IMG/VR virus record: IMGVR_UViG_3300029071_000005
Coordinates: 1-6,597 of that record
Direction: 5' to 3' (one strand)
Length of the DNA stretch: 6,597 nucleotides
From: a virus
Lineage: Duplodnaviria > Heunggongvirae > Uroviricota > Caudoviricetes
The notes under the pieces were generated by a model, which saw only the letters and a program-made list of their open reading frames with translations, ran no database searches and was not told the origin of the DNA. This document shows positions 1 to 5,474 of the stretch, piece by piece. Both the position numbers and the translations under genes were made by a program. Within the stretch, counting starts at the first letter, position 1. Each line of letters begins with the position of its first letter.

Positions 1-120
1 CGCCGCGCTCTGGAATTTTCGCCCCGCCGCGCTTATCAGGCTCTTACCAGCAAACGCCCCTTTGTTGGGGTGTCGCCAGTACGTGTTCACGCTGGGCGGA
101 AAAGGCAGGATCAGCTTCAT
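1..120 (-). CDS. rusA: RusA-like Holliday junction resolvase, N-terminal 40 codons only (gene runs off the window start)
   Basis: Minus-strand ATG at 120-118 overlaps the stop of the upstream gene (plus TCAT at 117-120 = ATGA on minus). Translation MKLILPFPPSVNTYWRHPNKGAFAGKSLISAAGRKFQSAA carries the LP-PPS-N-Y-RH N-terminal signature I recall for RusA-family resolvases. Partial, no stop within the window. Confidence 0.6.
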   Translation of the reverse strand, partial: MKLILPFPPSVNTYWRHPNKGAFAGKSLISAAGRKFQSAA

Positions 121-443
121 ACTTTCAGGTCCCTCTCATGTAACCAGTGGGTTGCACGCAGCCTTGCGTTTTCCTCACCGGCAAGCAGTGCGCGGATAAT
201 CCCGACTGCCTCGCTGTCGTCGTCCTTCACCGCGGTATGAAGCGTTATCCCCCGGGCCACACCACGCTTTATCGTGATGACGCCTTTTTTCTCCAGTGCG
301 CGAAGATGCTCCACCGCTGCATTCACTGAACGGTATCCCAGCATGGTTGCCACCTCCTGATTGGTTGGCGGGAAACCACGTTCTTTCTGATAAGAAATCA
401 GCATATCCAGCACCTGCTGCTGGCATTGAGTTAACGTCGTCAT
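117..443 (-). CDS. LexA-like DNA-binding domain protein lacking the S24 peptidase/dimerisation domain (108 aa)
   Basis: Track ORF 117..443. Residues 1-69 align without gaps to the E. coli LexA N-terminal winged-helix domain as I recall it (about half identical), with the recognition-helix segment SVNAAVEHLRALEKKG versus LexA SPNAAEEHLKALARKG. A hinge-like VGIIRALLAGEEN resembles LexA VGRVAAGEPLL, then the protein ends after about 25 more residues. ATGA overlaps at both ends (440-443 and 117-120). Confidence 0.75.
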   Translation of the reverse strand: MTTLTQCQQQVLDMLISYQKERGFPPTNQEVATMLGYRSVNAAVEHLRALEKKGVITIKRGVARGITLHTAVKDDDSEAVGIIRALLAGEENARLRATHWLHERDLKV

Positions 444-1093
444 GCCGCCATCTCCCTGACCAGTTTTTCCGCCTGCTGGCGAACCTGCGCCAGAAACGCC
501 TCACCACATGCCTCAAGTTCATCGCGCCCGATGTAGCTGATTGCCGGTCCCTTCCAGGTCTTATCGAAAACAGCAATAGCACCAGCGAAGAAAGCGCCTG
601 TCGGCACCTGCTTCTCATCCTTCGGGATAAACCAAGCAGGCAGTTCAAAACCAATACGCCCGCGAATAAAAGCAATATGATCCGCATCTTCCGGCCACCA
701 CACTTCGCTGGTGGCAGCTTTGATCAGGAAAACATAGCGCCCACCCTTATCACGCATGGCACTGGCATGTTTCATGATGTAACGCATGCCGGTGATGTAT
801 TGCCCCTCATGCTGACTGGCGCGGCTGTATGGGGGATTACCAAAGGCAGCCCCTTTAAGCTCCGCAAGACGTTCTGACCAGTCATGCGCCAGCGCGTTGT
901 CTTCCGCCGTGTAATACGCAGCACATTTGGCGTTATCACCGTCAGTGAACAGATCCAGAACAAACGGGCCAAACAGGGTGTTAATTCCCCAGAAAATGTT
1001 GTCCGGCGTGCGCCACTGATCACCCACTTCCTTCAGTTCATGGGCTGGTTTGTTCCGCAGTTCCACCAGCTCCTGGCAATATTTATTACTCAT
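440..1093 (-). CDS. Phage Dam-type DNA N6-adenine methyltransferase (orphan, no partner nuclease in window)
   Basis: Track ORF 440..1126. Contains the catalytic NPPY motif (GAAFGNPPYSRA) and the WRTPDNIFW...FVLDLFTDGDN N-terminal region typical of phage Dam-family methyltransferases. Start chosen at ATG 1093-1091 (MSNKY...) because it overlaps the upstream stop TAA 1095-1093 (TAATG); the alternative start at 1126 would give 228 aa. Confidence 0.85.
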   Translation of the reverse strand: MSNKYCQELVELRNKPAHELKEVGDQWRTPDNIFWGINTLFGPFVLDLFTDGDNAKCAAYYTAEDNALAHDWSERLAELKGAAFGNPPYSRASQHEGQYITGMRYIMKHASAMRDKGGRYVFLIKAATSEVWWPEDADHIAFIRGRIGFELPAWFIPKDEKQVPTGAFFAGAIAVFDKTWKGPAISYIGRDELEACGEAFLAQVRQQAEKLVREMAA

Positions 1094-1581
1094 TAAGCCC
1101 CCACGTAATTCCCTGACAGATACCACTCATCACCCGATACAGCGCGCTTGCTGCTTTTCCGTAAACACTGCTCACGACGCGCCAGAAAATTGTTTCGTTC
1201 TGGCTGGGAGTGGCTTTCACGGAATGCCGCCATCCACACCGTTGCAGCACGACGGTATAAGCCCCTGGACTCCAGTTCTTCCGCCTGGCGGGTCAGGCAC
1301 AAAATCACCCGGGGATCGTTAGTGCCGACATAGAAATTGCGCACAGGTCTGGTTTCACGAACTGGTTGTGGTTCCGGCTCCTGCGCTCTCTCAGTCAGGC
1401 GCGGGAAATGTCTGCGTGTATCCCCTTCACAACGGTGAGCCACACGCCCACTCTGACGTAACTTGCTTGCTGACTGCAGAACGCGCTGCCGTGAGTAACC
1501 TGCAAAAGCATCCGCAATGTCTCCGGAAGTACACCCCGGATGGGCTTCAATGAATTTCTGAACTTCATTCAAAAGACTCAT
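1093..1581 (-). CDS. Hypothetical regulator with PerC-like C-terminal motif and a possible N-terminal winged-helix region
   Basis: Track ORF 1093..1587. Motifs AEELESRGLYRRAATVWMAAF and RREQCLRK resemble the conserved core of PerC/Pch-family activators as I recall them. Start placed at ATG 1581-1579, 2 nt after the upstream TGA and 5-6 nt after an AGGGGG Shine-Dalgarno; GTG at 1587 is the alternative. Confidence 0.6.
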   Translation of the reverse strand: MSLLNEVQKFIEAHPGCTSGDIADAFAGYSRQRVLQSASKLRQSGRVAHRCEGDTRRHFPRLTERAQEPEPQPVRETRPVRNFYVGTNDPRVILCLTRQAEELESRGLYRRAATVWMAAFRESHSQPERNNFLARREQCLRKSSKRAVSGDEWYLSGNYVGA

Positions 1582-1583
1582 GA

Positions 1584-2402
1584 TCACCCCCTGAATCCTG
1601 CCGGGATCTGGCTGTAGTCCACGTTGTCGTAACTGGCTTTGAAGTACGGGTCCTCGCGTCTGGCTGCAGATACCGCAGGAACTTCCCAGGATTCTTCGAA
1701 ATGACGATCCGGACCAAAGAACGTGACAGCCTGTTTCACAAATTGTGTGCCGCTGTTACCCATCGCAGATACCCAGCCCGCGTAGCGTTTCACACCTTCC
1801 AGCATGGTTTCGGGTTTTACCCCCTCATTCAAACGGGCTTTCCAGGCTTTGAAGGCTGCAGATTTTGAATTGCCACCAGCACGTTTGGGGTATGCCAGCC
1901 ATGCCTGCTCAAACTCCGGAGAGTATTCCGGTCGGTTTGAACGAACTCGCACAGACTCATCAGCAGATGCACCAACAGCTATTGGTTCATTGACTGGTTC
2001 TTTGACTGGTTCAAAAGAGTGACTGGTTCTGGGTGAATCTCCTGCACCACCCCCTGGTGCAACTCCTGCACTACCTGGTGAATTTGCTGCACCAGATAGT
2101 GAATTATTTGCACTACCCCCTAGTGAATCTCCTGCACCATCAAGATGAAGGAGATAGATATTACTTGAGTTACCTTTTTCACCTTTCCGGGTGACTTTTT
2201 TTACCAGCCCGGAATCACAAAGGGCCGCAATATGATTCATCACAGAACGTTTGCTAATCTCGCACTGGTCAGCAATATGCTGGTAGCTGGGCCAGCACTC
2301 ACCCTGATCGCTGGCATTATCAGCCAGCTTGATCAGAACCAGTTTTCGCAATGGATTACCCACTCGAATTTTCATCGCTTTAACCATCAGCTCCATACTC
2401 AT
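1584..2402 (-). CDS. Phage replication initiator: N-terminal HTH domain, repetitive Gly/Ser/Ala/Pro linker, C-terminal replisome-organiser-like domain
   Basis: Track ORF 1584..2402. N-terminus KIRVGNPLRKLVLIKLADNASDQGECWPSYQHIADQCEISKRSVMNHIAALCDSGLV looks like the HTH module of phage replication initiators. C-terminal PEFEQAWLAYPKRAGGNSKSAAFKAWKARL matches the F-x-x-W-x-x-YPK...A...W motif I associate with phage replisome-organiser/DnaD-like domains. Start ATG 2402-2400 overlaps the upstream stop (ATGA). Confidence 0.8.
   Translation of the reverse strand: MSMELMVKAMKIRVGNPLRKLVLIKLADNASDQGECWPSYQHIADQCEISKRSVMNHIAALCDSGLVKKVTRKGEKGNSSNIYLLHLDGAGDSLGGSANNSLSGAANSPGSAGVAPGGGAGDSPRTSHSFEPVKEPVNEPIAVGASADESVRVRSNRPEYSPEFEQAWLAYPKRAGGNSKSAAFKAWKARLNEGVKPETMLEGVKRYAGWVSAMGNSGTQFVKQAVTFFGPDRHFEESWEVPAVSAARREDPYFKASYDNVDYSQIPAGFRG
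1991..2029. repeat. Three direct copies of TGACTGGTTC inside the replication-initiator gene
   Basis: TGACTGGTTC at 1991-2000, 2003-2012 and 2020-2029, with a degenerate TGGTTC at 1983-1988. Encodes a PVKEPVNEP stretch of the initiator. Confidence 0.6.
2032..2139. repeat. Five 18-bp iteron-like direct repeats (candidate origin of replication embedded in the initiator gene)
   Basis: GGTGAATCTCCTGCACCA 2032-2049, GGTGCAACTCCTGCACTA 2056-2073, GGTGAATTTGCTGCACCA 2077-2094, AGTGAATTATTTGCACTA 2099-2116, AGTGAATCTCCTGCACCA 2122-2139, spaced 21-24 bp apart. An AT-rich stretch follows at about 2140-2200. Same arrangement as lambda ori inside the O gene. Confidence 0.65.
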
Positions 2403-2623
2403 GCTGCACCTCCGAGATGCTTCATGTTTTTTCTGGAGCGAAAGGCTATAAGCGGCATACTGACGCGGTAATTACGGCCCAGCGGTTCACAAACCACCTT
2501 CTGACATTCACGGTCAACCAGGCTAACACGTAGAACATGCCCTGCAGGCGTGGTGTACCACTGACCCGGACGAGGACAACGGAAAGTCTGATTGGTAAAA
2601 CGTTTGAAAATATTCCGGATCAT
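2399..2623 (-). CDS. Hypothetical small protein (74 aa), possibly Cys-containing zinc-ribbon-like
   Basis: Track ORF 2399..2623. ATGA overlaps at both ends (2620-2623 and 2399-2402) link it to Rha and the replication gene. Contains the paired cysteines FRCPRPG...DRECQKVVCE. No family recognised. Confidence 0.5.
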   Translation of the reverse strand: MIRNIFKRFTNQTFRCPRPGQWYTTPAGHVLRVSLVDRECQKVVCEPLGRNYRVSMPLIAFRSRKNMKHLGGAA

Positions 2624-3165
2624 TTGCGCCCCCTTACCTCTGAAGGGTTCAGCGACAAATTTATGAGGCAGGCCAGCGCCGAAGCATCATTAATATAGTC
2701 ATATAAGCTAACAGCCAGCGGAGATTCGGCTTTTGCCAACATAGGATAAAGCTGCTGCAGCCAGACCTGATGAATTGATGAAATGTAGGAACAGAGAACG
2801 CTGGCGTTATGTGCAACGTCGCTCGGTACAGCGGGCCTTGAAAGCTGTTTCTCCATCTGGTTAAAGGCATTGATGTATGCCTCTTTGAACTGGGCAGCAC
2901 GTTTACCCGTGAAACCCATAGCAAGAAACGCAAAGCCGTCGCGGGTTATTTGATAGCAAGGTAGTTTGCGGCCTGTGCAATCGGTGTAATCACTCACCGA
3001 AAAATTGCGGGCAGTGAATGATGCGGAGCATTCAAGCGTGCGGATCTTTTTCAGTACATCGTCATGACGTTTGGAGAAGAAGTTGGCAACAGCCAGGGAT
3101 GAAGTAACAGCCTGACCATCAACGATGGCAATTTCAGGTTGAGTGAGGGTTGGGATCGTAGCCAT
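2620..3165 (-). CDS. Rha-family phage regulatory protein (181 aa as called)
   Basis: C-terminal 181 codons of track ORF 2620..3771. MATIPTLTQPEIAIVDGQAVTSSLAVANFFSKRHDDVLKKIRTLE...GRKLPCYQITRDGFAFLAMGFTGKRAAQFKEAYINAFNQME is a classic Rha N-terminal domain. Start chosen at ATG 3165-3163, preceded by AAAGAGG (GAGG 9 nt upstream). The frame stays open a further 202 codons upstream, so the true start is uncertain. Confidence 0.8.
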   Translation of the reverse strand: MATIPTLTQPEIAIVDGQAVTSSLAVANFFSKRHDDVLKKIRTLECSASFTARNFSVSDYTDCTGRKLPCYQITRDGFAFLAMGFTGKRAAQFKEAYINAFNQMEKQLSRPAVPSDVAHNASVLCSYISSIHQVWLQQLYPMLAKAESPLAVSLYDYINDASALACLINLSLNPSEVRGRK

Positions 3166-3333
3166 GATGGCAGCCTCTTTGGTGATTTTAAATAACTCAC
3201 CACCAAGGCTTTCCACGACCTTATTGGTGGTGAGACGTACAGGGGTGGAAATACCGGTCACCAAAGAACCCGGCCCAACCGAAGTTGGCCCTGCACGCCC
3301 CACCATAATTTGGGCGTAATGCTGCTCATGACA

Positions 3334-3357
3334 CAAAAAAACCGCAAGAGCGCGGTT
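3334..3357 (-). terminator. Candidate intrinsic terminator on the minus strand
   Basis: Minus-strand RNA AACCGC-GCUCUU-GCGGUU followed by UUUUUGUG (plus-strand A7 run at 3335-3341, arms 3340-3345 and 3352-3357). 6-bp stem, 6-nt loop, U-tract. Lies between the 59-aa ORF stop and the Rha start. Confidence 0.45.
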
Positions 3358-3442
3358 GTGCGCTTTGGTGAATTCCGGGTTTCCACGCCCGGCACCCGCT
3401 TTATAAGGTGCCTGAACAGTGTAACGTCCCGGAATGGCAGAA

Positions 3443-3622
3443 TCAATGTGCTGGTGGTCCTTCACACTCAACAAAATCACGCCTGAATTTCCACAAAGGA
3501 CTAAAGCACTCATGCGGGTAGTCTTTGCGAAGATAGATAACGCGCTGTGTTTCTGGCTCCCAACGAATAACATGAACATAAAGTCCTCTTCCGTCACGAA
3601 ACCAGCGGTTAAGTTCCTGCAC
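3443..3622 (-). CDS. Hypothetical 59-aa protein absent from the ORF track (GTG start, just under the 60-aa cutoff)
   Basis: Reading minus strand from GTG 3622-3620 to TGA 3445-3443 gives VQELNRWFRDGRGLYVHVIRWEPETQRVIYLRKDYPHECFSPLWKFRRDFVECEGPPAH, checked codon by codon. G-rich SD-like GGGGGG lies 6 nt upstream. It is out of frame with, and entirely inside, the N-terminal part of the 383-aa track ORF. No family recognised with confidence. Confidence 0.4.
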   Translation of the reverse strand: MQELNRWFRDGRGLYVHVIRWEPETQRVIYLRKDYPHECFSPLWKFRRDFVECEGPPAH

Positions 3623-3652
3623 AACTCGCCCCCCACAGTCAGGTAAAGTTCT

Positions 3653-3668
3653 CTGTGGTTACTTACAG
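3653..3668. promoter_or_regulatory. LexA (SOS) box core match CTGT-N8-ACAG
   Basis: CTGTGGTTACTTACAG at 3653-3668. It is the only exact CTGT-N8-ACAG I found in the window. Lies 31 bp upstream (minus strand) of the 59-aa ORF start, in the gap after the CII-like gene. The spacer is less AT-rich than strong chromosomal SOS boxes. Confidence 0.4.
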
Positions 3669-3767
3669 CCAGGTGATTTGGTAATCTGCATTCATGCCGT
3701 AACAACAGGTGTTCAGCCACGCGGACCACCAACTGTTGCGACCAACGGTTATTTGCCGTTAAACTGT

Positions 3768-4385
3768 TCATGCGTTAGTTTCTCCACAACCAGAAGCAAT
3801 CGACGCCACGACGCCCGGAGCTGCACACTCGCGGGCGTTACTCTTTTCCGGTGCACAAAAAACACGAAATAACAGTGTTAAATGCTCCTGCCACTTCGCC
3901 ATTACTTGGTAGCTGTTCTCTTCGATTTGCTCACGCTCAGCCTGGTCAATAACTCCATCAGCAGTTGCCTTGCGTAAGTACTGGGAATGCTTGCCAATCC
4001 ATTCTATTGACTCCATCAGCCGCTGATTAATGTCACCATTGCCAATGTCATCAATGACCACCAGCGGCACAAACACCCCATTACTACGACGGGCTATTGC
4101 ATCTGTTACATGCCTGGTACCACTGGCATCCTGTAAAACCATGGCCCACTCAAGTGGAAAAATTTGATCCCCACCGCTACGCAGTCTGTTATGCAATTGA
4201 TCTTTTGCTGGGGTGATATCATCAGATTTATACAAACCAAGAATTTCTGCTGCTTCCTCATAGCCATGAGGTAAATCAGCAATCGTTCTTCGTATTGCTG
4301 CCACCAGCCATGCTGGTTGTTTATCAACTTTCCATTCAGGTTCTTTACCCACGGCTATCTCCTTAAAACTGTGGTTACTTTCCAT
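3768..4385 (-). CDS. CII-like / YdaT-like early regulatory protein (205 aa)
   Basis: Track ORF 3768..4385. Second gene after cro-like, the position of cII. AAEILGLYKSDDITPAKDQLHNRLRSGGDQIFPLEWAMVL loosely parallels lambda CII AEAVGVDKSQISRWKRDWIPKFSMLLAVLEWGVV as I recall it. Start ATG 4385 overlaps the last 11 nt of the cro-like gene. Confidence 0.55.
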   Translation of the reverse strand: MESNHSFKEIAVGKEPEWKVDKQPAWLVAAIRRTIADLPHGYEEAAEILGLYKSDDITPAKDQLHNRLRSGGDQIFPLEWAMVLQDASGTRHVTDAIARRSNGVFVPLVVIDDIGNGDINQRLMESIEWIGKHSQYLRKATADGVIDQAEREQIEENSYQVMAKWQEHLTLLFRVFCAPEKSNARECAAPGVVASIASGCGETNA

Positions 4386-4623
4386 CTGATAAGTCTTTAA
4401 TCTTTTGAAAAATATCTGGACGTAATTTTTCTTTTGATACGCCAGTGGTCATTTCAATAAATATCGAGAGCTTTGCAGGGGGACGCTTTTCTCTGTTCAA
4501 CCAGTTCCAGACATGTTGTTGCTTTACTAAACGACCACTGCTGGCTGTGAGCTTCCGAGCCAATTCTGATTGACCACCAGCCAGAGCGATTGCCTCTGAT
4601 AAGGCTAATTGCTCAGGTGTCAT
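4375..4623 (-). CDS. Cro-like / YdaS-like HTH transcriptional regulator (82 aa)
   Basis: Track ORF 4375..4623. HTH segment GGQSELARKLTASSGRLVKQQHVWNWL. Transcribed divergently from the repressor; GGAG lies 6 nt upstream of the ATG; a TATAAT -10 lies upstream on the minus strand. Confidence 0.8.
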   Translation of the reverse strand: MTPEQLALSEAIALAGGQSELARKLTASSGRLVKQQHVWNWLNREKRPPAKLSIFIEMTTGVSKEKLRPDIFQKIKDLSDGK

Positions 4624-4647
4624 AGCTTTCTCCTATCTGTAAGTAGT

Positions 4648-4731
4648 AAAGTTGTTGATAACTTCGATTATACAACCACAACAACTTTTATCACAACTTT
4701 TAGATGTTGGAAAGCTAAAACATAAAGTTGT
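4648..4731. promoter_or_regulatory. OR-like operator region: four copies of the 8-9 bp motif AAAGTTGT/ACAACTTT, including an imperfect 16-bp palindrome
   Basis: AAAGTTGT at 4648-4655 and 4724-4731; ACAACTTTT at 4681-4689 and 4693-4701; palindrome AAGTTgttgatAACTT at 4649-4664. Sits between the divergent repressor and cro-like genes. Confidence 0.65.
4667..4696 (-). promoter_or_regulatory. Candidate pR-like sigma70 promoter for the cro-like operon
   Basis: On the minus strand: -35 TTGTGA (plus 4691-4696), 18-bp spacer, -10 TATAAT (plus 4667-4672), about 40 nt upstream of the cro-like ATG. Overlaps the operator repeats. Confidence 0.55.
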
Positions 4732-4760
4732 AACCTCAATAAAAACGAGGGGGATATGTT

Positions 4761-5447
4761 GTGAAAACATTGGCAGAAAGACTAAAAAGCGAAAGAGAAA
4801 AAGCAGGAATGAGTCAGGCGCAACTAGCTGAAAAAATTGGGCTTTCACAACAATCCGTAGCGAAAATCGAGAATGGAGAAACTCAACAGCCTCGGAAAAT
4901 TAAAGAGATTGCTAAAGTGTTAGGGGTTTCTCAAAAGTGGTTGCAATTGGGCATTGAGGATAACGCGTCTTTCCCAGACCTTGTTGTAAAGGAGGCTGAA
5001 AGTACAGCATTAGATCCTGACATTTTTGCAAACATTCCAGTCCTAGATGTCGAGTTATCAGCGGGTAATGGATGTTTGGCTGAAATAGTTGAATCAACTG
5101 TAGACTGGTTCCCGCTAAGAAGGATTGATTTAAGAAAAGCTGGTGTATGTGTCTCCAATGCAAAGATCGTAAAAATTTGGGGCAATAGTTTACTACCTGT
5201 ACTTAACAATGGAGATTTTGTTGCTGTTGATGTTTCCCAAACGGTTCCTATTCGTGATGGGGATCTTTATGCCATACGTGATGGCGTATTACTTAGAGTT
5301 AAAATATTGATCAATTTACCTGACGGTGGTCTGATTCTAAGAAGTTTCAATAAAGATGAGTATCCAGATGAAATACTCACCTTCGAAGATAGGCGTTCCA
5401 GAATTCACGTTATAGGTAGAGTATTCTGGTCATCGCGCACTTGGTAA
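4761..5447 (+). CDS. CI-like prophage repressor: N-terminal XRE-type HTH plus C-terminal S24 (LexA-like) autopeptidase domain
   Basis: Track ORF 4761..5447, GTG start 10 nt after GAGGGGG. HTH is MSQAQLAEKIGLSQQSVAKIENG. S24 signatures: candidate Ala-Gly cleavage site in LSAGNG, Ser motif WGNSLLPVLNNGDFVAVD (compare LexA GMSM...GDLLAV), Lys motif LLRVKIL (compare LexA VTVKRLK). Confidence 0.85.
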   Translation: MKTLAERLKSEREKAGMSQAQLAEKIGLSQQSVAKIENGETQQPRKIKEIAKVLGVSQKWLQLGIEDNASFPDLVVKEAESTALDPDIFANIPVLDVELSAGNGCLAEIVESTVDWFPLRRIDLRKAGVCVSNAKIVKIWGNSLLPVLNNGDFVAVDVSQTVPIRDGDLYAIRDGVLLRVKILINLPDGGLILRSFNKDEYPDEILTFEDRRSRIHVIGRVFWSSRTW

Positions 5448-5474
5448 TGCATCAAAAAACCTTCCTTCAGAAAT

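Noticed and set aside
175-1023. Minus-strand alternative-frame ORFs 175..687 (170 aa) and 772..1023 (83 aa)
   Set aside because: They overlap the LexA-like and Dam genes in a different frame. Their products are extremely Arg-rich and low-complexity, typical of out-of-frame reads through GC-rich coding DNA.
147-1322. Plus-strand track ORFs 147..329, 296..877, 884..1096, 1050..1322 and 1148..1333
   Set aside because: All lie antisense to minus-strand genes with clear homology (LexA-like, Dam, PerC-like). Their translations are Arg/Pro/Cys-rich with no recognisable motifs, consistent with shadow frames.
2032-2139. Regularly spaced 18-bp direct repeats that could be mistaken for a CRISPR array
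   Set aside because: The spacers are only 3-6 bp, the repeats are imperfect, there is no leader and no cas genes, and they lie in frame inside a replication gene. Iterons are the better reading.
1368-2471. Plus-strand ORFs 1368..1553, 1804..2022 and 2232..2471
   Set aside because: Antisense to the PerC-like and replication genes. The 1804..2022 product simply mirrors the repeat linker. No independent start signals noted.
2661-3646. ORFs 2661..2933 (-), 3258..3446 (-) and 3434..3646 (+)
   Set aside because: 2661..2933 is an out-of-frame read within the Rha gene. 3258..3446 (TTG start) and 3434..3646 look non-protein-like (Trp/Arg-rich), and 3258..3446 spans the predicted terminator. The 59-aa GTG frame at 3443..3622 is preferred for this segment.
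3678-4327. ORFs 3678..3872 (+) and 4106..4327 (-)
   Set aside because: Both overlap the CII-like gene, antisense or out of frame, without ribosome-binding sites or recognisable products.
4633-5209. ORFs 4633..4848 (-), 4912..5163 (-) and 4931..5209 (-)
   Set aside because: Antisense to the well-supported repressor gene and to the operator region. 4633..4848 would start inside the repressor coding sequence and end in the operators.
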